From Acidimicrobiia bacterium (GTDB taxonomy: Bacteria; Actinomycetota; Acidimicrobiia; Spongiisociales; Spongiisociaceae), in assembly GCA_041576165.1 (NCBI GenBank), contig JBFGLM010000024.1:10481-74480 (forward strand): a DNA stretch of 64,000 bases. Direction: 5' to 3'. The notes under the pieces were generated by a model, which was given only the letters and a program-made list of their open reading frames with translations, searched no databases and was not told the origin of the DNA. Below, one piece after another: positions 1 to 9,885 of the stretch; the first letter of the stretch is position 1; the number at the start of each line of letters is the position of its first letter. Made by a program: the position numbers and the translations under genes.

Positions 1-139
1 GATCGAGGCCCATTCCTACGGACTCCAACGCCCGGATCCGGGCTGTCTCGAAGTAGGCCAGGTAGACCGCATGATTCACATGGTTGTACGGATCGAGTTC
101 GTAGAAGCGAACCTGTATCTGCGTCGCATGCTCGAGCAA
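1..139 (-). CDS. acyl-CoA thioesterase (4HBT/YbgC-FadM family), 5' part; runs off the window start
   Basis: Hand translation from TTG at 139: LLEHATQIQVRFYELDPYNHVNHAVYLAYFETARIRAL, the hotdog thioesterase VRF.ELD..HVN...YL..FE.AR motif. Confidence 0.85.
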   Translation of the reverse strand, partial: MLEHATQIQVRFYELDPYNHVNHAVYLAYFETARIRALESVGMGLD

Positions 140-278
140 AGGCTGGGCCCCCGGTCGTTGCGGGCACCTTAGAGCGTCCCCTGCGCCACGCCGCGTCTCC
201 GGTACCGACGCCCGGGACTCGCCGGCTGGCCAACCTGGCCGCCTGGTCCGGCGACGGCCGGCTTCCTAGGATCGCCCG

Positions 279-1292
279 ATGCGTGCTTGGTACCTCACCG
301 AAACGAACGGCCTCGACTCGTACAGCTTCGGCGAGCTCGAGACCCCGGAGCCCGGCTCAGGGGAGGCTCGGGTGAAGCTGCAGGCTGCTGCCCTGAACCA
401 TCTCGACTTGTGGACCGCCCGCGGTTTACCGGCGCCGAAGACGATGCCCCATGTCACCGGCGGGGACGGGGCCGGCCGGGTTGACCTCGTCGGCGAGGGC
501 GTGACCGGATGGAAGGTGGGCGACGAGGTGGTCATTGATCCTTCGATCCCGCACGGACCTCCCACAGACGGCATTCCCTACGGAGGCAAGCTGGGAATCC
601 TGGGTGAACACCGCTGGGGCACACTGGCCGAGTATGTCGTGGTTCCGGGCGGCAACCTCATTGCCAAACCCGCTTCGCTGGACTGGCACGCGGCGGCGGC
701 CTACGGGCTCACCACCGGCACCGCCTACAGGATGCTGCAGCGCGCCCGGCTGCGGCCGGGGGACGTGCTACTGGTCGTGGGGGTGGGGGGTGGCGTCTCC
801 TCTGCCGGGCTGTCGCTCGGGGTGGCAATGGGCGCCGAGGTGTATGTCACATCCACCAAACAGGAGAAAATCGACCGGGCGGTCCAGCTGGGAGCTGTCG
901 CCGGTTTCGACTCGGCCGCAGAGTTCTCAAAAGAGATCAAGGCGGCAACCGGGAGCGGCGCCCACGTGGTGCTCGAGAATGTCGGGCCTGCCACGTGGAA
1001 CCAGTCGCTACGATCCCTGGCGAGCGGCGGCCGCCTGGTCACCTGTGGCTCCACCACCGGCCCCAAAGTTGAGATCACCGTGCCGGCGCTGTTCTTCAAA
1101 CACCACGAAATCATTGGCTCCACGATGTTTGACCATGCCGATTTCGAGGCCGTCACCGCCATGATCGGGTCGGGTGAGCTGCCGGTGCACGTCGACCGCG
1201 TGTACGCCTTCGAGGATCTCCCGTCTGCGCTGGCCCGCCTCGACGCCGGTGAACAGCTGGGCAAGATCGTGATCAACATCGGCGCTGATTGA
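279..1292 (+). CDS. MDR-superfamily zinc-type alcohol dehydrogenase / quinone oxidoreductase
   Basis: ALNHLDLW, PHVTGGDGAG, GVGGGV nucleotide-binding motif, C-terminal GEQLGKIVI; TAGGAT -10-like hexamer 6 nt before ATG. Confidence 0.88.
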   Translation: MRAWYLTETNGLDSYSFGELETPEPGSGEARVKLQAAALNHLDLWTARGLPAPKTMPHVTGGDGAGRVDLVGEGVTGWKVGDEVVIDPSIPHGPPTDGIPYGGKLGILGEHRWGTLAEYVVVPGGNLIAKPASLDWHAAAAYGLTTGTAYRMLQRARLRPGDVLLVVGVGGGVSSAGLSLGVAMGAEVYVTSTKQEKIDRAVQLGAVAGFDSAAEFSKEIKAATGSGAHVVLENVGPATWNQSLRSLASGGRLVTCGSTTGPKVEITVPALFFKHHEIIGSTMFDHADFEAVTAMIGSGELPVHVDRVYAFEDLPSALARLDAGEQLGKIVINIGAD

Positions 1293-1402
1293 AGATGACC
1301 CGCTGCAGGGGCCTATACTCGCCCGGCTGTCAGATCTCTGTGGTGTCCGCCTGAAACCCTGAGTAATCTGAAAGCGCCCCGTCGCGGGGACCCCCAAACG
1401 CT

Positions 1403-1480
1403 GGGGGCGTGGTGAAGTCTGGAGTTCACGCCGGCCTGTCAAGCCGGAGGTCGCGGGTTCAAATCCCGTCGTCCCCGCCA
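1403..1480 (+). tRNA. tRNA-Asp(GTC)
   Basis: Acceptor GGGGGCG/CGTCCCC, anticodon arm CCGGC-CT GTC AA-GCCGG, T-loop GTTCAAATC, encoded CCA. Confidence 0.96.
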
Positions 1481-1503
1481 GCTGCTCCCCGGAGCCAGCC
1501 CGT

Positions 1504-1530
1504 GGAAGCGGACCCGTCGGGTCCGCTTCC
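1504..1530 (+). other. perfect 12-bp hairpin in the tRNA-Asp/tRNA-Phe spacer
   Basis: GGAAGCGGACCC-GTC-GGGTCCGCTTCC. Confidence 0.6.
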
Positions 1531-1560
1531 GGACAAGTCAGCCAGTTGGCTGATCCAATT

Positions 1561-1636
1561 GGCCAGGTAGCTCAGTTGGCAGAGCACCGCTCTGAAAAAG
1601 CGGGGGTCGGCAGTTCGATTCTGCCCCTGGCCACCA
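1561..1636 (+). tRNA. tRNA-Phe(GAA)
   Basis: Acceptor GGCCAGG/CCTGGCC, anticodon arm CCGCT-CT GAA AA-AGCGG, T-loop GTTCGATTC, encoded CCA. Confidence 0.96.
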
Positions 1637-1913
1637 AGTTGTCGCCGGCCGTGGCAGCAGCAGGCCATCTGCCGGTCTCGATCACAGGTCCGTCATGCGG
1701 CGGGCGAACCGCATCGGCCATCCGCACCGGGAGCGTGAACCCGGCCTTGGGCCGTGGGGAACCGGCATATGCGAACTGCAGGCGGCGGAGTACCGTTCCG
1801 GACGGAATTGGTCGGGCCCGCAGCAGCGGATCACGCCAGTAGTCATCAGGATCGGCGGCCCGCCGTTCAGGCGTGGCCGCAGGTCGGGCTGGAGTGTCGC
1901 CGGGGTGCTCGAT

Positions 1914-2825
1914 CTATCCGGCCGGCATCGGGCTGAGGGGGACGACGTCGACGATCCGGTACTCCGGCGCCGCCTTGGCCGGTAGCCCACCGTAGGCCCG
2001 GCAGGATATCGTCGGTACTTCGCGGGCAACCTCGACCCGCACTCGCCAGGCTGATTCGCCGGCCTCCACGGTGCACTGCGCAGCGGTGGCGGACACCTCT
2101 GACACCGAAATACGGCGGGCCGTATCTTCGAGGTCCCATCCCACCCGGGAGAAGATCTCTCGTTCGGCCGCCTGGCCAAATCCACGCTCTGCGCCGGACC
2201 AGCCGCGACACCGGCCGGCGATGGCCGCAGCTTCTCCTCGCCGCTGTAGGACCGCGTCGAGCAACTCCAGGTCCAGGTGGGCCCACATGCGACCGTCGGG
2301 CAGTGTCATGCCGGTGGGAGCAAAGCGATGCCCACCCGTGTGGCTGATCCGTACCACCTCGACGTGTGGCATGTGCACCTCGACTTCGACGGCAAGCCGC
2401 TCCCCATCCGACCCGCAGCACACGTCGTGGCTACCTTGGGTGCACACCAGCAGGACCGGCCCAACGACCGGCTCGTCGGGCGCAGTCGAAGTACCGAGTC
2501 CCAACAGCTGCGCAGCGAGGTCGGGGGCGCGGGCCTCGTCGATCCGGGTCACCTGGGTCCCGGACCGGCGGAAGCGAGCGACGCGCAGTTCGTGCCCGCG
2601 CGGCACGGACGCAAACAGGCGTGTGCGAGTGTCCAGAGAGCTCACCAAATCCATGGCTCCCGCCAGCACGGGGTGGTCGCCTACCGGCTTCGGCCAGGGT
2701 CGGGGCACGTCCACCACCAGTAGCTGGTCGGCGTTCACGGCCGTACCGACCGGATCGATCCCGAGCTCGCGGGTATACGGAGAACACCGAGGCTGGATGT
2801 CCCGATCCGGCAGCAGAGTGTCCAT
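1914..2825 (-). CDS. sucrase/ferredoxin-like (thioredoxin-like 2Fe-2S) protein
   Basis: LVCTQGSHDVCCG and SHTGGHRFAPT motifs typical of the family. Confidence 0.85.
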   Translation of the reverse strand: MDTLLPDRDIQPRCSPYTRELGIDPVGTAVNADQLLVVDVPRPWPKPVGDHPVLAGAMDLVSSLDTRTRLFASVPRGHELRVARFRRSGTQVTRIDEARAPDLAAQLLGLGTSTAPDEPVVGPVLLVCTQGSHDVCCGSDGERLAVEVEVHMPHVEVVRISHTGGHRFAPTGMTLPDGRMWAHLDLELLDAVLQRRGEAAAIAGRCRGWSGAERGFGQAAEREIFSRVGWDLEDTARRISVSEVSATAAQCTVEAGESAWRVRVEVAREVPTISCRAYGGLPAKAAPEYRIVDVVPLSPMPAG

Positions 2826-3583
2826 CAGCTGTTGAAGCCCACCGCCATGGCTTCAGACCATTTGGTGGCCATTTCGATGTACAAATTGCGGGCTTCCATC
2901 AGGTCACCTGCCTCGAGCGCTTCGACCGACTCCCAGATCTCCTCGACCGAGTCATCGGTCACCAGGTCCTGGTCTGTGAACATGGCGGCCACCGAGCCAT
3001 AGTCGAGCTCCACGAGAGCGTCCTCCCGGAACTCGGCGAGCCACTCCGCCAGCTCTTCGATCTCACCTGTGATACTCGAGGTGAATCCGGCCCGCTCCAG
3101 TGCATCCAGCGCCCGCTGCAAACGGCCCGACGCGGAAAGCCGTCGGGTTCGGTAGCGCACGGCCACTCGCCCGTGGTCGATTATCTCGCGCTCGTCCGGC
3201 GCAAAAGCGAGGAACCAGCGGGGCGGCACGTGCCAGGCCGAGGTGAGGATGTGCGAGCGTACCTCCGGCCGGCTCCGGTGGATGCGCTCCAGTTCCTCGG
3301 CGGCCAGTCGGGCGGTTGCTTCCGGGATGATGAGGCGCGAGCCGTGATCCGCAAACGCATTGTGGAAGGCGAGCACCCCCTGGAGTACGCGAAGGTGGGC
3401 ATTGCGGGGGCACATGTACCGCTCACCGTTCCACTCCGCCAGCAGACCATCGTCCGTCAGAGGTTCGCCGATCAGCCCATAGCGGGAGTCGCTGAGCAGA
3501 TCGGAATCCTGCGCCACGTGGGTCTGGAGGCCCGTGAAGTCTGTCAACGGTAGATAGACCCGAAGATAGGACGTGCGCGTCAT
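2825..3583 (-). CDS. conserved actinobacterial hypothetical protein
   Basis: SYLRVYLPL N-terminus, HILTSAWHVPPRWF, VELDYGSV; TACCCT 7 nt before ATG 3583; TGATG overlap with the next gene. Confidence 0.75.
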   Translation of the reverse strand: MTRTSYLRVYLPLTDFTGLQTHVAQDSDLLSDSRYGLIGEPLTDDGLLAEWNGERYMCPRNAHLRVLQGVLAFHNAFADHGSRLIIPEATARLAAEELERIHRSRPEVRSHILTSAWHVPPRWFLAFAPDEREIIDHGRVAVRYRTRRLSASGRLQRALDALERAGFTSSITGEIEELAEWLAEFREDALVELDYGSVAAMFTDQDLVTDDSVEEIWESVEALEAGDLMEARNLYIEMATKWSEAMAVGFNS

Positions 3584-3975
3584 CCGCCACAGGGTAACCA
3601 ATGGCGCGCATATGAGGGCCGGCCCACATCGACCGGCCCCTGCGCTGCGGTGGCTGCGCCGCGCGGCCCGGTCGTGGAGACTCCCCAGCCGATGAGGCTG
3701 AAGGCCCTGGTGTGTCGCGCTGCGCCCACTAAAGTCGGAGCTAGCGGAACAGGAGCGCGATCCGCTGGAGCCAGTCCGGGCGACCCGCGCAGCACGTTGC
3801 CGGAAGCTCGGGAATGCTTCACGTATATCTGCCTCCTACCTGCGACATCCCGGCAACCCCGGGAGCGCAAGGGACAGATGGGTGCGCCGCGATCCGGCTA
3901 ACCCGCCTGGCCACGGTTGACAGGGTGACGACCTCACCCGGCCGACCCGACGGCACAAGAGAGGAGACAGCCGGC

Positions 3976-6006
3976 GTGGACCTGATTCAGGACCTCAAGG
4001 AAACTCACCGCGAGCTCGGGCTCACCGACGACCAGGTCGTCGAAATGTATCGGCAGATGTTGCTGGCCCGCCGTGTCGACGATCGGATGTGGGCCATGAA
4101 CCGCCAGGGCCGAGCGCCCTTCGTTGTCTCAGCATCCGGGCATGAAGGCACCCAGATCGGCGTGGTGGCAGCACTCGACCGCAAGAAGGACTGGGCGCTG
4201 CCGTACTATCGCGATGTCGGGATGGCGCTGGCGTGGGGCATGACCCCGCTCGATCTGTTTCTGGGCGTCACATCCAAATCGACCGACCCGTCATCCGGCG
4301 GGCGGCAGATGCCCAATCACTGGTCGCATCGCGACCTGCGAATCCTCTCCCATTCCAGCCCCATCGCCACCCAGTTCCCCCATGCCTGCGGAATCGCGTA
4401 CTCACTCCGGACCCGCGGCTCGGACGCGGTCGTCGCCGTCCACGGCGGCGAAGGCTCGACCTCGGAAGGCGACTGGAGCGAGGCCATGAACTTCGCCGGC
4501 ATCCACCAGCTACCCGTGCTCTTCGTGATCGAGAACAACCAGTACGCCATCTCGGTGCCCGTCGAGGACGAGGTCGCGGGTCAGATCGCTGATCGGGCCC
4601 GCGGGTACGGCATTCACGGGGTCTTCGTGGACGGCAACGACGCGCTCGCCGTGTACAAGGTCACCAGCGAGGCGGTGAGGCGTGCCCGGGCCGGAGACGG
4701 GCCAACTCTGATCGAAGCCCAGACGTACCGCTACTACGCCCACACGAGCGATGACGATGACCGGCTGTACCGCACTCGGGAAGAGGTTGAGTACTGGCGC
4801 CGGCGCGATCCGCTGGCGGTGTTGCATCAATACCTGGTGGAAGCCCGGCTGCTATCCGAAGAGTCGGAAGCAGAGATGGAAGGGGAGATCGAACGGGAGA
4901 TTCGGGCGGCGGTGGCAGAGGCCGAAGCCTCACCGGATCCGACTGATGCATTCTCCGGTGTCTACCGGCGCCCCATTCCACCGCACCCGGCCACTACCGA
5001 GGTCCAACCGCCAGCGACCGGCGAGACCGTGAACCTCGTGACCGCTATCAATCGGACGCTCCATGAGATCTTCGAGCAGGACGATCGCGCCTTTCTGTTC
5101 GGCGAAGACGTGGCCGATCCGAAGGGTGGAGTTTTCAAAGCTTCGATCGGTCTGACCGACAAGTTCGGCCAAGTGCGAGCATTCAACAGCCCGCTGGCCG
5201 AATCACTGATCATCGGGCTGGCGCTGGGCATGGCTGCCGCCGGGGACAAACCATTCCCCGAGATCCAATTCGCCGACTTCATCCACCCTGCCTTCGACCA
5301 GATCGTGTCCGAGGTGGCCCGCTTGCATTACCGCAGCAATGGGGATTGGAGCTGTCCGATGGTCATCCGTGTGCCCTATGGCGGCGGGATCCATGGGGCC
5401 CTGTACCACTCTCAATCGATCGAAGCCTTCTACACACACGTCCCGGGCCTGAAAGTGGTAGTCCCCTCGAACCCGGCCGACGCGAAAGGGCTGCTGTGGG
5501 CGGCGTACGAGGATCCAGACCCGGTGATGTTCCTCGAACCAAAACGCCTCTACCGCCTGGTGAAGGCGCCGATGCCCCCAGGGCGCCACGTGGTTCCGCT
5601 GGGCAAGGCTGCGCTGCGGCGGACCGGTGAGCATCTGACGATCATCGCCTACGGCGCCATGGCGTACGAGGCAGAATCGGCGGCGTCGGAGCTTGCCTCG
5701 CTCGGGATCAACAGCGACGTGATCGATTTGCGGACGCTGAAGCCGCTGGACTGGGAGACCATCGCCGCTTCGGTCGCCAAGACCGGGCGGGTTTTGATCG
5801 TCCACGAGGACAACGAGTTCGTGGGATACGGCGCCGAGCTGGCGGCCCAGGTCGCCGATAAGGCGTTCGAACATCTCGATGCACCAGTACTGCGCTATGC
5901 CTCCCCCGATGTGCCGACGTTCCCCTTCGCCGAGTCGTTGGAGAAGCTGGTCATGCCGAACGCGGCCGGCATCGTCGATCGGGGCAAGTGGTTGGTCCAG
6001 TACTGA
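3976..6006 (+). CDS. fused E1 alpha/beta 2-oxoacid dehydrogenase (branched-chain type)
   Basis: TPP motif GEGSTSEG...ENN, YYAHTSDDD, beta-part FGEDV, EIQFADF, GGIHGALYHSQS; GAGGAG SD before GTG 3976. Confidence 0.92.
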   Translation: MDLIQDLKETHRELGLTDDQVVEMYRQMLLARRVDDRMWAMNRQGRAPFVVSASGHEGTQIGVVAALDRKKDWALPYYRDVGMALAWGMTPLDLFLGVTSKSTDPSSGGRQMPNHWSHRDLRILSHSSPIATQFPHACGIAYSLRTRGSDAVVAVHGGEGSTSEGDWSEAMNFAGIHQLPVLFVIENNQYAISVPVEDEVAGQIADRARGYGIHGVFVDGNDALAVYKVTSEAVRRARAGDGPTLIEAQTYRYYAHTSDDDDRLYRTREEVEYWRRRDPLAVLHQYLVEARLLSEESEAEMEGEIEREIRAAVAEAEASPDPTDAFSGVYRRPIPPHPATTEVQPPATGETVNLVTAINRTLHEIFEQDDRAFLFGEDVADPKGGVFKASIGLTDKFGQVRAFNSPLAESLIIGLALGMAAAGDKPFPEIQFADFIHPAFDQIVSEVARLHYRSNGDWSCPMVIRVPYGGGIHGALYHSQSIEAFYTHVPGLKVVVPSNPADAKGLLWAAYEDPDPVMFLEPKRLYRLVKAPMPPGRHVVPLGKAALRRTGEHLTIIAYGAMAYEAESAASELASLGINSDVIDLRTLKPLDWETIAASVAKTGRVLIVHEDNEFVGYGAELAAQVADKAFEHLDAPVLRYASPDVPTFPFAESLEKLVMPNAAGIVDRGKWLVQY

Positions 6007-6012
6007 CGCGGA

Positions 6013-6046
6013 GATGCCGGCTCGCTCACGCCAGCCGGCATCATTT
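6013..6046 (+). terminator. hairpin after the E1 gene (probable terminator)
   Basis: GATGCCGGCT-10nt-AGCCGGCATC then ATTT, 6 nt after the stop. Confidence 0.55.
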
Positions 6047-6312
6047 CCACGATCTGGCGCCGATAAAGCCAGAGTGCCGGGGGCCCTCCAACCGTCATCG
6101 GTGTTGCCGCCGTCGACGTCGACGCCGACGGCCCTGCACAGCAGCACGTTTGCCTCACGTGAGGTCCCTACCCCGGTCGACACCTGGTTGCAGCACCGCT
6201 TACTTTACGGTCCAGATTCCGTCCGGAGCAGTGACCGGCCGTCCGACCATGCCATCGGCCTAACCGCTCGAAATCTTGAACCCACCGAACGGGTATTTAT
6301 GCTGCTTCAAGC

Positions 6313-8073
6313 ATGTCGATCCAGGGTGAACTCTCGGACAAGGTGGGCGACGCGTTCGCTGCGATTGGGCTCGATGCGGAGCTGGGCGCCGTTGTCCCTT
6401 CGCAGCGGCCCGAGCTCTCCCAGTTTCAATGCAACGGAGCGCTGGCGGCCGCAAAGGCCGCCGGCAGAAACCCGCGGGAGATCGCAGCGGATGTCATCGG
6501 CCGGCTGGAATCGGACCCGGTTTTTGCGGAGCTGAGCATCGCCGGTCCCGGGTTCATCAACATCGAGGTCGCCGACGGGTACCTGGCCGACCAGACCGCA
6601 GCGCTGGCGGGTTCGGAGCGGTTTGGCGTCGAAGCGGCGGACGAGCGGAGGATCCTCATCGACTACGGCGGCCCCAATGTCGCCAAGGAGCTGCACGTCG
6701 GTCATATGCGGACCCCTCTCATCGGCGAAAGCCTCAAACGCTGCTTCCGGTTCGCCGGCTATGACGTGACTGGTGACATCCACCTGGGGGATTGGGGCCT
6801 TCCGATGGGCCAGCTCATCGCCGAATTGGCCGAACGCCGGCCCGAGTTGCCGTACCTGGACCCCGGCCACCAGGGCGCCTATCCGGACGAATCTCCGGTG
6901 ACGGTCGACGAGTTGAACGACCTGTACCCCACTGCGTCAGGCCGGGCCGAACGGGACCTGGAGTTCGCGCGCGCAGCCCGGCAAGCCACCTTCGATCTCC
7001 AGGATGGTCGCCCGGGTTATCGCAAGTTGTGGGAGCACTTCCGAGCGGTCTCGGTTGAGGCTATGCAAGAGGTGTTCGATGAGCTCGGCGTCCACTTCGA
7101 CCGCTGGCACGGCGAATCGACGGTACACGACCGTATCAGGCCGATGGTCGAGAATCTCATGAACATGGGCGTTGCACACGAACTGGACGGTGCGATCGTC
7201 ATCGACGTGCAGCAGCCCGGCGACAAGAAGGAAATGCCGCCGTTCGTGCTGGTCAAGTCGGACGGGGCCTACCTCTACACGACAACCGACCTAGCCACCA
7301 TCGAAGACCGGGTGGAAGACGGTTTCGACGTGTGCATCTACGTCGTCGATGTGCGTCAGTCGGATCACTTCGAGCAGCTATTCCGGGCGGCTCGGAAGGG
7401 CAAGATCGCTCCTGCGACTCTGGTGCTGGAACACGCCGGAAGTGGGTTGGTCAACGGGCCGGACGGGCGGCCGATGCGCACCCGGGCGGGCAACCTGCCC
7501 CTCCTCCGGTCGTTGATCGCCGACGCGGTGGAAGAGGCCGGCCGGCGCATGGACGAACGCGGCCTGGCAGCCGACTATCCCGAGGAGGAGCGGGATCACG
7601 TGGCTCGATTGGTGGGGCTGGCTGCGTTGAAGTACGGCGACCTCCAGAATCACCGCACGTCCAATTACATCTTCGATCTGGAGCGTTTCACTTCGTTCGA
7701 GGGCAAGACCGGACCGTATTTGCTGTATGGGGCGGTGCGGATGAAGTCGATCTTGCGCCAGGCGGCAGCCCGCGGGGTCGAATCCGGTCCGATCGCCCCG
7801 CCGTCGAGCGACGCCGACCGCAACCTGATGCTGCGCCTCCTGCGTTTCCCGGACGTGCTGGCCCGCGCGATCGAGTATCGGGCACCGAACCAGGTAGCGG
7901 AACACGCCTACGAGCTGGTAGCCGACTTCAACCGGTTCTACGAAGCGTGCCACATCCTCGACCAGCCCGATCCGGCGATCCAGGGGTCGTGGCTCCGCCA
8001 GGTCGAGGCCACCCGGCGCCAACTCGAGACGCTGCTCGATCTGCTGCTCATCGAGATTCCCGAGCGGATGTGA
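6313..8073 (+). CDS. argS: arginine--tRNA ligase
   Basis: DYGGPNVAKELHVGH (HIGH), HLGDWG, KSDGAYLYTTTDLA, FEGKTGPYLLY, C-terminal IPERM. Confidence 0.96.
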   Translation: MSIQGELSDKVGDAFAAIGLDAELGAVVPSQRPELSQFQCNGALAAAKAAGRNPREIAADVIGRLESDPVFAELSIAGPGFINIEVADGYLADQTAALAGSERFGVEAADERRILIDYGGPNVAKELHVGHMRTPLIGESLKRCFRFAGYDVTGDIHLGDWGLPMGQLIAELAERRPELPYLDPGHQGAYPDESPVTVDELNDLYPTASGRAERDLEFARAARQATFDLQDGRPGYRKLWEHFRAVSVEAMQEVFDELGVHFDRWHGESTVHDRIRPMVENLMNMGVAHELDGAIVIDVQQPGDKKEMPPFVLVKSDGAYLYTTTDLATIEDRVEDGFDVCIYVVDVRQSDHFEQLFRAARKGKIAPATLVLEHAGSGLVNGPDGRPMRTRAGNLPLLRSLIADAVEEAGRRMDERGLAADYPEEERDHVARLVGLAALKYGDLQNHRTSNYIFDLERFTSFEGKTGPYLLYGAVRMKSILRQAAARGVESGPIAPPSSDADRNLMLRLLRFPDVLARAIEYRAPNQVAEHAYELVADFNRFYEACHILDQPDPAIQGSWLRQVEATRRQLETLLDLLLIEIPERM

Positions 8074-8172
8074 GCCCCGGTGCTGCCAACTGGAGGCGCG
8101 TCCCGCAGGCATTCGGTTAGCCCGCCCTGCCGCGGTGGTCGCGGCCGCCGACCATTCCCTAGCCTCGGTCGG

Positions 8173-9036
8173 ATGGAGTCCGACATCCGACCGGCGCGAC
8201 CCGAGGACAAAGCTGCGATCGCCGCGTTCACAGATGCCACGTTCAGTTGGGGTGACTACGTAGCCGATTCCTTCGACGAGTGGCTCACCACCGGCGACTC
8301 AGCCGTGCTGGTGGCCTGTCGAGAGGATCGACCGGTCGCGCTCGCTCGGGTCGTTCAGCTGTCTCCGGACGAGATCTGGCTGCACGCCGCCCGCGTCCAG
8401 CCCGATCATCGGCGGCAGGGCCTCGGCCTGGCGCTGAACGAAGCCTCCCTCGAATGGGGCAGACAGCGCGGAGCGGTCGTCGCCCGACTGATGGTGGAGG
8501 ACTGGAACGACGAGGCCTCCGCCCAGGTCCGTAAGGCCGGCTATCGCCGGGTGGCCGACTGGTTCTTCGCCCGCCGATCCGTGCCGGATTCGAAGCCGTC
8601 CGAGCTCGGCCTCGGCTTGCGCCCATCCGAGCCGCTGCGCCCGGCCCCGGCCCCGGAAGTGGAGGGCGCATACATCAGCTGGTCAACCTCAGAGCTGGCC
8701 CGTGCCGGGCATGGGTTGCTCGGGGTGCGCTGGCATCTGCGGCAAATGCGTATCGACCATCTTCTCGAAGAGGCGGCCGCCCGGCGGCTCTGGGAGGCGC
8801 CTTCGGGCTGGCTGTCGATCGACACCAGCGCGCACCCCGACGCATGGGTGGCATGGCTGATGACCACTGCGAGTGAGGCCGACATTCTGGTCGAAGCTCT
8901 GCTGACGAAGCTGCGCGGCGACGGAATCGCGTCTGTCGGAGCGCTCCTGCCCAGGGTGCCCTGGCTGGTTGCTGCGTTCGAAGCTTCCGGTTTCGAGGTC
9001 CATTCCAACGGCGTCTGGGAGATCCAGATTGGGTGA
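8173..9036 (+). CDS. GNAT family N-acetyltransferase
   Basis: ARVQPDHRRQGLG acetyl-CoA motif A; TAGCCT 7 nt before ATG 8173. Confidence 0.82.
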   Translation: MESDIRPARPEDKAAIAAFTDATFSWGDYVADSFDEWLTTGDSAVLVACREDRPVALARVVQLSPDEIWLHAARVQPDHRRQGLGLALNEASLEWGRQRGAVVARLMVEDWNDEASAQVRKAGYRRVADWFFARRSVPDSKPSELGLGLRPSEPLRPAPAPEVEGAYISWSTSELARAGHGLLGVRWHLRQMRIDHLLEEAAARRLWEAPSGWLSIDTSAHPDAWVAWLMTTASEADILVEALLTKLRGDGIASVGALLPRVPWLVAAFEASGFEVHSNGVWEIQIG

Positions 9037-9044
9037 CGGCCGGC

Positions 9045-9671
9045 TCAGAAGGAGTTGAGCGAGGCGGAAGCCCAGGTCACGAAAACCGCAGCAGGCGCCA
9101 GATCCGCGAAACGAGGCTCTCGTGGGACCACAAACTGGTGGATGGCCCACAATGCAGGCACTCCCACGATCCCGGCGACGAACGCCGCGCTACCGACGGC
9201 GGACATGTACCGGGTGATCAATCCAAATGCGGCCGGAGCGTCGACGATGATCCGCTCGAGCAATGAGCCGGCTACCGACATGAGCCAGGCGAAGATCACC
9301 AGGCCCGGCAAGTGGGCCACGGCCACTTCCCAGGGTTCGGCCGACCAGCGGACGTAGCCGTGTCCAGCCTGGCTCTCAACGCCCAGGCCAAGTGCCAGCG
9401 CGCCGAACACCCCGATAACCAGCCCCGAGGCCAGCGAGGCGCCCAGTTCGTTGGGAAGGTCGATGGTGACCAGGCCGAAGCCGTTCAAAACGATGGTGAC
9501 GCCCAGCGCCACCAGTCCCACGCCAACGACCAGCAAGCCGATTCCGACGCTCGTGCCGACCCCGAACCACAGCAGGGCCAACCGGCGAGACAGGCTCGAA
9601 TCCTTCTCCAGGAAGGCAGGCAGTTGCACGCGCGAAAGGACCCCGCCCCACCGAGGTTTCTCCGTTGTCAC
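9045..9671 (-). CDS. hypothetical membrane protein
   Basis: About 5 hydrophobic segments; fills the gap between convergent/divergent genes. Confidence 0.65.
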   Translation of the reverse strand: MTTEKPRWGGVLSRVQLPAFLEKDSSLSRRLALLWFGVGTSVGIGLLVVGVGLVALGVTIVLNGFGLVTIDLPNELGASLASGLVIGVFGALALGLGVESQAGHGYVRWSAEPWEVAVAHLPGLVIFAWLMSVAGSLLERIIVDAPAAFGLITRYMSAVGSAAFVAGIVGVPALWAIHQFVVPREPRFADLAPAAVFVTWASASLNSF

Positions 9672-9885
9672 GTAATCACAACCTCTCGTTCACGCGTGGC
9701 GTTCGGCGGCTGGCTCTGTCGCGATTGTACTCCCGTGTCGAATTCGCACTCCATCATGAACGCGGGGTCGCAACCAGTCGCGGTGACCCAGCCTCCGCCG
9801 GTAGTGGGCGCGGGTGCTACGGTCCTGAAGAGTCGTTGACGACAGTCAGCCCGTCCGGGACCAGGACCGGCAAGGAGCCCACCGA

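Noticed and set aside
1572-1913. Open frame continuing past the TAG of the sucrase-ferredoxin (DPDDYWRDPLLRARP...)
   Set aside because: No start codon or recognisable domain, runs antisense into tRNA-Phe, and no pyrrolysine genes are present; likely chance
3600-3975. Possible riboswitch in the long leader of the E1 gene
   Set aside because: Several GC hairpins but no TPP, glycine, SAM or T-box consensus recognised
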